Of a stretch of DNA of 64,000 bases, positions 60,822-64,000 are shown piece after piece. Origin of the DNA: an uncultured Candidatus Actinomarina sp. GTDB taxonomy: Bacteria; Actinomycetota; Acidimicrobiia; Actinomarinales; Actinomarinaceae. The notes under the pieces were generated by a model. That model was not told where the DNA came from and did not search any database. It saw only the letters and a program-made list of their open reading frames with translations. The DNA lies in the NCBI GenBank assembly GCA_902634185.1, contig CACPJC010000001.1, positions 64,001-128,000 on the forward strand, read 5' to 3'. Within the stretch, counting starts at the first letter, position 1. The number at the start of each line of letters is the position of its first letter. Both the position numbers and the translations under genes were made by a program.

Positions 60822-61509
60822 AAAACTTCACATTCCCACTCAAAGTATCTTTTGATAATGTCACGTCAGGTTCTCTCATATATTCAAGATTTATTTCATT
60901 GAAGTTGGGATAGTCTTTTATTTTTTCACCAACGTTATAAATATTTTCAGCTGTCACAAATCTTGGCTCAGCTAATTTAGTATTACTATCAGTAAGAATT
61001 TTTTTATTTTCTATAAGATCCCAATTACCTACTAATAATTTTTTATCGGCATCATCAGAAAGTTTAATTTCTAAGTTTTCAACTGAAATTACTTGAGGAT
61101 CTGACTTTCGTGTTACTCCACCAGGAACAGGCATATATTCGCAATAAGCAAACTCATTTCGTTTGATATCGATTAACGAACATATTTTTCTGTGACTTGT
61201 ATGTGCTGCAAACGCAAGAGCGTCGAGACCATTTACTGGAATTATAGGTATGCCTAAAACTGCACCAAGTCCTTGGGAAACTGATAGACCGATTCTAAGT
61301 CCAGTGTAATATCCCGGTCCAACATCGAGATAAAGTGCATTAAGATCATTTCTACTTGCCTTTGTTTTATCAAATAATTCATTTATTTGATTTAGCAATA
61401 TTCCAGTTGAGCCTTTATTAGTTTTTGAAACAAAACTAGCAAGTAATTTTTCCTCAAAAATTGCAGCAGAAACATATTCACCTGATGTAGAAATTGCTAA
61501 TTTATACAA
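60814..61509 (-). CDS. tsaB: t6A biosynthesis protein TsaB
   Basis: LAISTS, GPGYYTGLRIG, YMREPD. Confidence 0.9.
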   Translation of the reverse strand: MYKLAISTSGEYVSAAIFEEKLLASFVSKTNKGSTGILLNQINELFDKTKASRNDLNALYLDVGPGYYTGLRIGLSVSQGLGAVLGIPIIPVNGLDALAFAAHTSHRKICSLIDIKRNEFAYCEYMPVPGGVTRKSDPQVISVENLEIKLSDDADKKLLVGNWDLIENKKILTDSNTKLAEPRFVTAENIYNVGEKIKDYPNFNEINLEYMREPDVTLSKDTLSGNVKFYD

Positions 61510-61510
61510 T

Positions 61511-61939
61511 TTAAAACCTTATCTTTCTTGTTGAATTATCAATTATATCAATATCAATAATTGTCCAATTGCTTAGGTTTGTATTAGGAAGTTGGTTTGA
61601 CCATTCAACAAAAAATAAAGTATTTTCTTCAAACAAAGGAAGATCTAGGTCAATAAATTCTTGGAATGATGAAAGTCTATAGAGATCAACATGGTAAATA
61701 CTTAAATCTTCTTTGAGATAATTTTTTACAATATTAAATGTTGGAGAAGTTACATTATCTTCGATACCAAGGTGATAAATTATCTTTTTAATTATTGAAG
61801 TTTTACCAGCTCCCAAACTTCCGTTGAATCCAATTACTGAAGGAATTGATAATTTTGTTACGAAATCTTTTGCGAATTCATCTAAATCTGATTCTTTAAT
61901 CTCGATCTCATTCAATTTCAACCCTTTCAAGTCGTTCAT
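61511..61939 (-). CDS. tsaE: t6A biosynthesis ATPase TsaE (start may be a few codons downstream)
   Basis: G.LGAGKT, VTSPTF, YHVDLYRL, VEW. Confidence 0.92.
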   Translation of the reverse strand: MNDLKGLKLNEIEIKESDLDEFAKDFVTKLSIPSVIGFNGSLGAGKTSIIKKIIYHLGIEDNVTSPTFNIVKNYLKEDLSIYHVDLYRLSSFQEFIDLDLPLFEENTLFFVEWSNQLPNTNLSNWTIIDIDIIDNSTRKIRF

Positions 61940-62990
61940 TTATATTTGTAAGGATCTCCCATTCAATAGTCTTATTCCATTTTGCAATATCGAAAACTGT
62001 AATTTTAAGTTCATTGTTCTCAGAATTTCCCAAAAGAACAACTTCATCATTAATATTTGCCTCCACATCTGTGATGTCATATAAAATTTGATCCATAGTT
62101 ACTCTTCCTATCAAATTGCAATATGTATTGTTAACTATGACTTTTCCATCAGGAAATGTACTCCATGGATATCCATCGCCATATCCAACAGGTGATACAC
62201 CAACAGTTGTATCTCTTTCTAAAGTTAGTGCTTTTCCATAAGAAACGGCTTCACCCTTTTTTCTATGGTGAATATTTGATATTCTTGTTTTTATTGCCAT
62301 CGTAGGTTTCAGATCTTGAACAACTTCTGCGGGTGTTATATTGCACCCATATACTGCGAGACCAACTCTTGACAGGTTAAACGTAGGATCAAAATTATAA
62401 AATGACGATCCAGAATTATCAGCATGTAATAGTAAATTATCTGTATCTACATCCTTGATTGTTTGTTTGAACAATTCGATGGATTCTTCTGTAGGCTCTA
62501 TCTCTTCGTCAGCTAATGGAAAATGGGTGCATATACCAGCAAGATTTATGGTTTTAGAGCTTGTTATTTTTTCATAAAGGTTTTTAAAATCTTCTGGTTC
62601 ACAACCAACTCTGTGCATACCAGTATCTATTTTTATATGGGTATTGAATGCTTTACCGGATTTTGCTAGACCATCAATAAAAAAATCATTATAAACTGTT
62701 AAGTCGATATTATATTTTTCTATATTGTCTATCTCACCAAGTGATGGCTCGGTAAGCAACAATACCCTTAGTTCATCAGATTGTGCTCGAACTTTTTTTG
62801 CTTCACTAATAGCTGCTACTGCAAACCATTTGATTCCAGCTTCCATAGCTGTTTTAACAGTCCATTCAATGCCGTGACCATAACCATTGGCTTTGACAAC
62901 CAAGCAAAGTTCTTTGTCTGATAGTTGTTTTAATACTTCTATATTGTGTAAATAATTTGTCTTATTTACATATACGTAACCTCTATCCAT
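61908..62990 (-). CDS. alr: Alanine racemase
   Basis: VVKANGYGHG, KIDTGMHRVG, GYGDG, GRVTMDQ. Confidence 0.96.
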   Translation of the reverse strand: MDRGYVYVNKTNYLHNIEVLKQLSDKELCLVVKANGYGHGIEWTVKTAMEAGIKWFAVAAISEAKKVRAQSDELRVLLLTEPSLGEIDNIEKYNIDLTVYNDFFIDGLAKSGKAFNTHIKIDTGMHRVGCEPEDFKNLYEKITSSKTINLAGICTHFPLADEEIEPTEESIELFKQTIKDVDTDNLLLHADNSGSSFYNFDPTFNLSRVGLAVYGCNITPAEVVQDLKPTMAIKTRISNIHHRKKGEAVSYGKALTLERDTTVGVSPVGYGDGYPWSTFPDGKVIVNNTYCNLIGRVTMDQILYDITDVEANINDEVVLLGNSENNELKITVFDIAKWNKTIEWEILTNINERLERVEIE

Positions 62991-62995
62991 ATTAT

Positions 62996-64000
62996 TTATT
63001 CTACAGTAACTGACTTTGCAAGGTTTCTTGGTTGATCAATCGATTGGCCATTCTTGTTAGCTACGTGATAGGCAATAAATTGTAGAGGTATAATCGAGAT
63101 CACAGTAGTTAGTATTTCATTACTATCTGGTAGTGTGACATAATCATTTGATATATTTTCAAGCTTTTCTGACTCACTATCTCCAATAGCAATTACATAT
63201 GCTCCCCTGGCAATAACCTCTTGTACATTACTGGTCGTCTTATCAAGTAGATGATTTTGACTGGCAGTAACTATTACAGGGGTTCCTTTTTCTATTAAAG
63301 CTAGCGTACCGTGTTTAAGCTCTCCTGCTGCTAATGCCTCAGCATGCAGATAGGAAATTTCCTTTAATTTTAAGGCACCTTCAGCTGCCAAAGCATAATC
63401 CAATCCTCGACCAATAAAATAGATATCATTCTTTTTATAGATTTTTTCAGATATTTCTTTTATTTGCCCTTCACAAGCCATAGTGTGGTCTATTAGCTTT
63501 GGGAGTTCTGCAATTTCATCAAATGAGACATCTAACTTATTTTCAGCGTCCCAGTGTTTTGCTATGACAAGCTGAGAAACAAGCATGCCTAAATAAGCTT
63601 TGGTAGAAGCTACCCCTATCTCTGGCCCTACATGTAGATAAAATACACTATCAGCCATTCTTGCTAATGAACTACCAACCACATTTACTAAAGCAAGAAC
63701 ATGTGAACCATTTTCCTTTAATAATTCTGTAGCAGCAATAGTGTCCATGGTTTCTCCGGACTGGGAAATTACAATACCTAAATCGTTTTTTCCCACGATT
63801 GGTTCTCTATATCTGAACTCTGAAGCAAGCTCAACACTTACCGGAACTCCAAGAACTTTCTCAAATAGATCTTTCCCAAACAAACCAGCATGATAGGCTG
63901 TTCCGCATGCAACAATCCAAATTTTTTCAAATTTTGAAGCCTCGTCTAACTTAATTGGGATTTCATCTGAAGATGCTTCAAGCCTTCCAGATAAAGTTCT
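62996..64000 (-). CDS. glmS: Glutamine-fructose-6-phosphate aminotransferase, C-terminal SIS domains (5'-truncated by the window edge)
   Basis: Frame open to base 64000. ACGTAYHAG, SQSGET.DT, EIGVASTK, EGALKLKEISY, PRNLAKSVTVE. Confidence 0.97.
   Translation of the reverse strand, partial: RTLSGRLEASSDEIPIKLDEASKFEKIWIVACGTAYHAGLFGKDLFEKVLGVPVSVELASEFRYREPIVGKNDLGIVISQSGETMDTIAATELLKENGSHVLALVNVVGSSLARMADSVFYLHVGPEIGVASTKAYLGMLVSQLVIAKHWDAENKLDVSFDEIAELPKLIDHTMACEGQIKEISEKIYKKNDIYFIGRGLDYALAAEGALKLKEISYLHAEALAAGELKHGTLALIEKGTPVIVTASQNHLLDKTTSNVQEVIARGAYVIAIGDSESEKLENISNDYVTLPDSNEILTTVISIIPLQFIAYHVANKNGQSIDQPRNLAKSVTVE

Overview
AT-rich, densely packed bacterial chromosome segment with very short intergenic spacers. 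Actinobacterial markers (WhiB2-type regulator, tRNA-fMet/UPF0182/PDZ-Lon synteny, AhpE) plus low GC suggest a streamlined marine actinobacterium such as Ca. Actinomarinales (inference). Bases 1-7.7 kb are the right part of a defence island: the tail of a zinc-ribbon protein, a RecD/Dda-like SF1B helicase and a complete type I R-M system. The rest is mostly core genome: lipid/envelope genes, a Liv-type ABC transporter with an embedded acyl-CoA ligase, sdhCDAB, sucCD-icd-mdh, HU, pcrA, trpS, Fur plus ECF T/A subunits, a nine-gene shikimate/Phe/Tyr operon, groESL, tsaDBE/rimI, alr and partial glmS. Most notable signals the ORF track misses: (1) a membrane-anchored thioredoxin whose redox motif is TGA-x-x-Cys (UxxC), followed by a hairpin fitting a bacterial SECIS, i.e. 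a probable selenoprotein (44460-44933, minus); (2) a Tyr-Phe-Tyr-Phe leader peptide with alternative hairpins and a terminator, i.e. a ribosome-mediated attenuator over the whole aromatic operon (56830-56923, minus); (3) two uncalled small proteins. Also notable: a translin/TRAX-like nuclease homologue, a codon-distinct HsdS target recognition domain, and a recurrent leaderless promoter architecture. All protein calls rest on motif recognition by eye; no database search was run.
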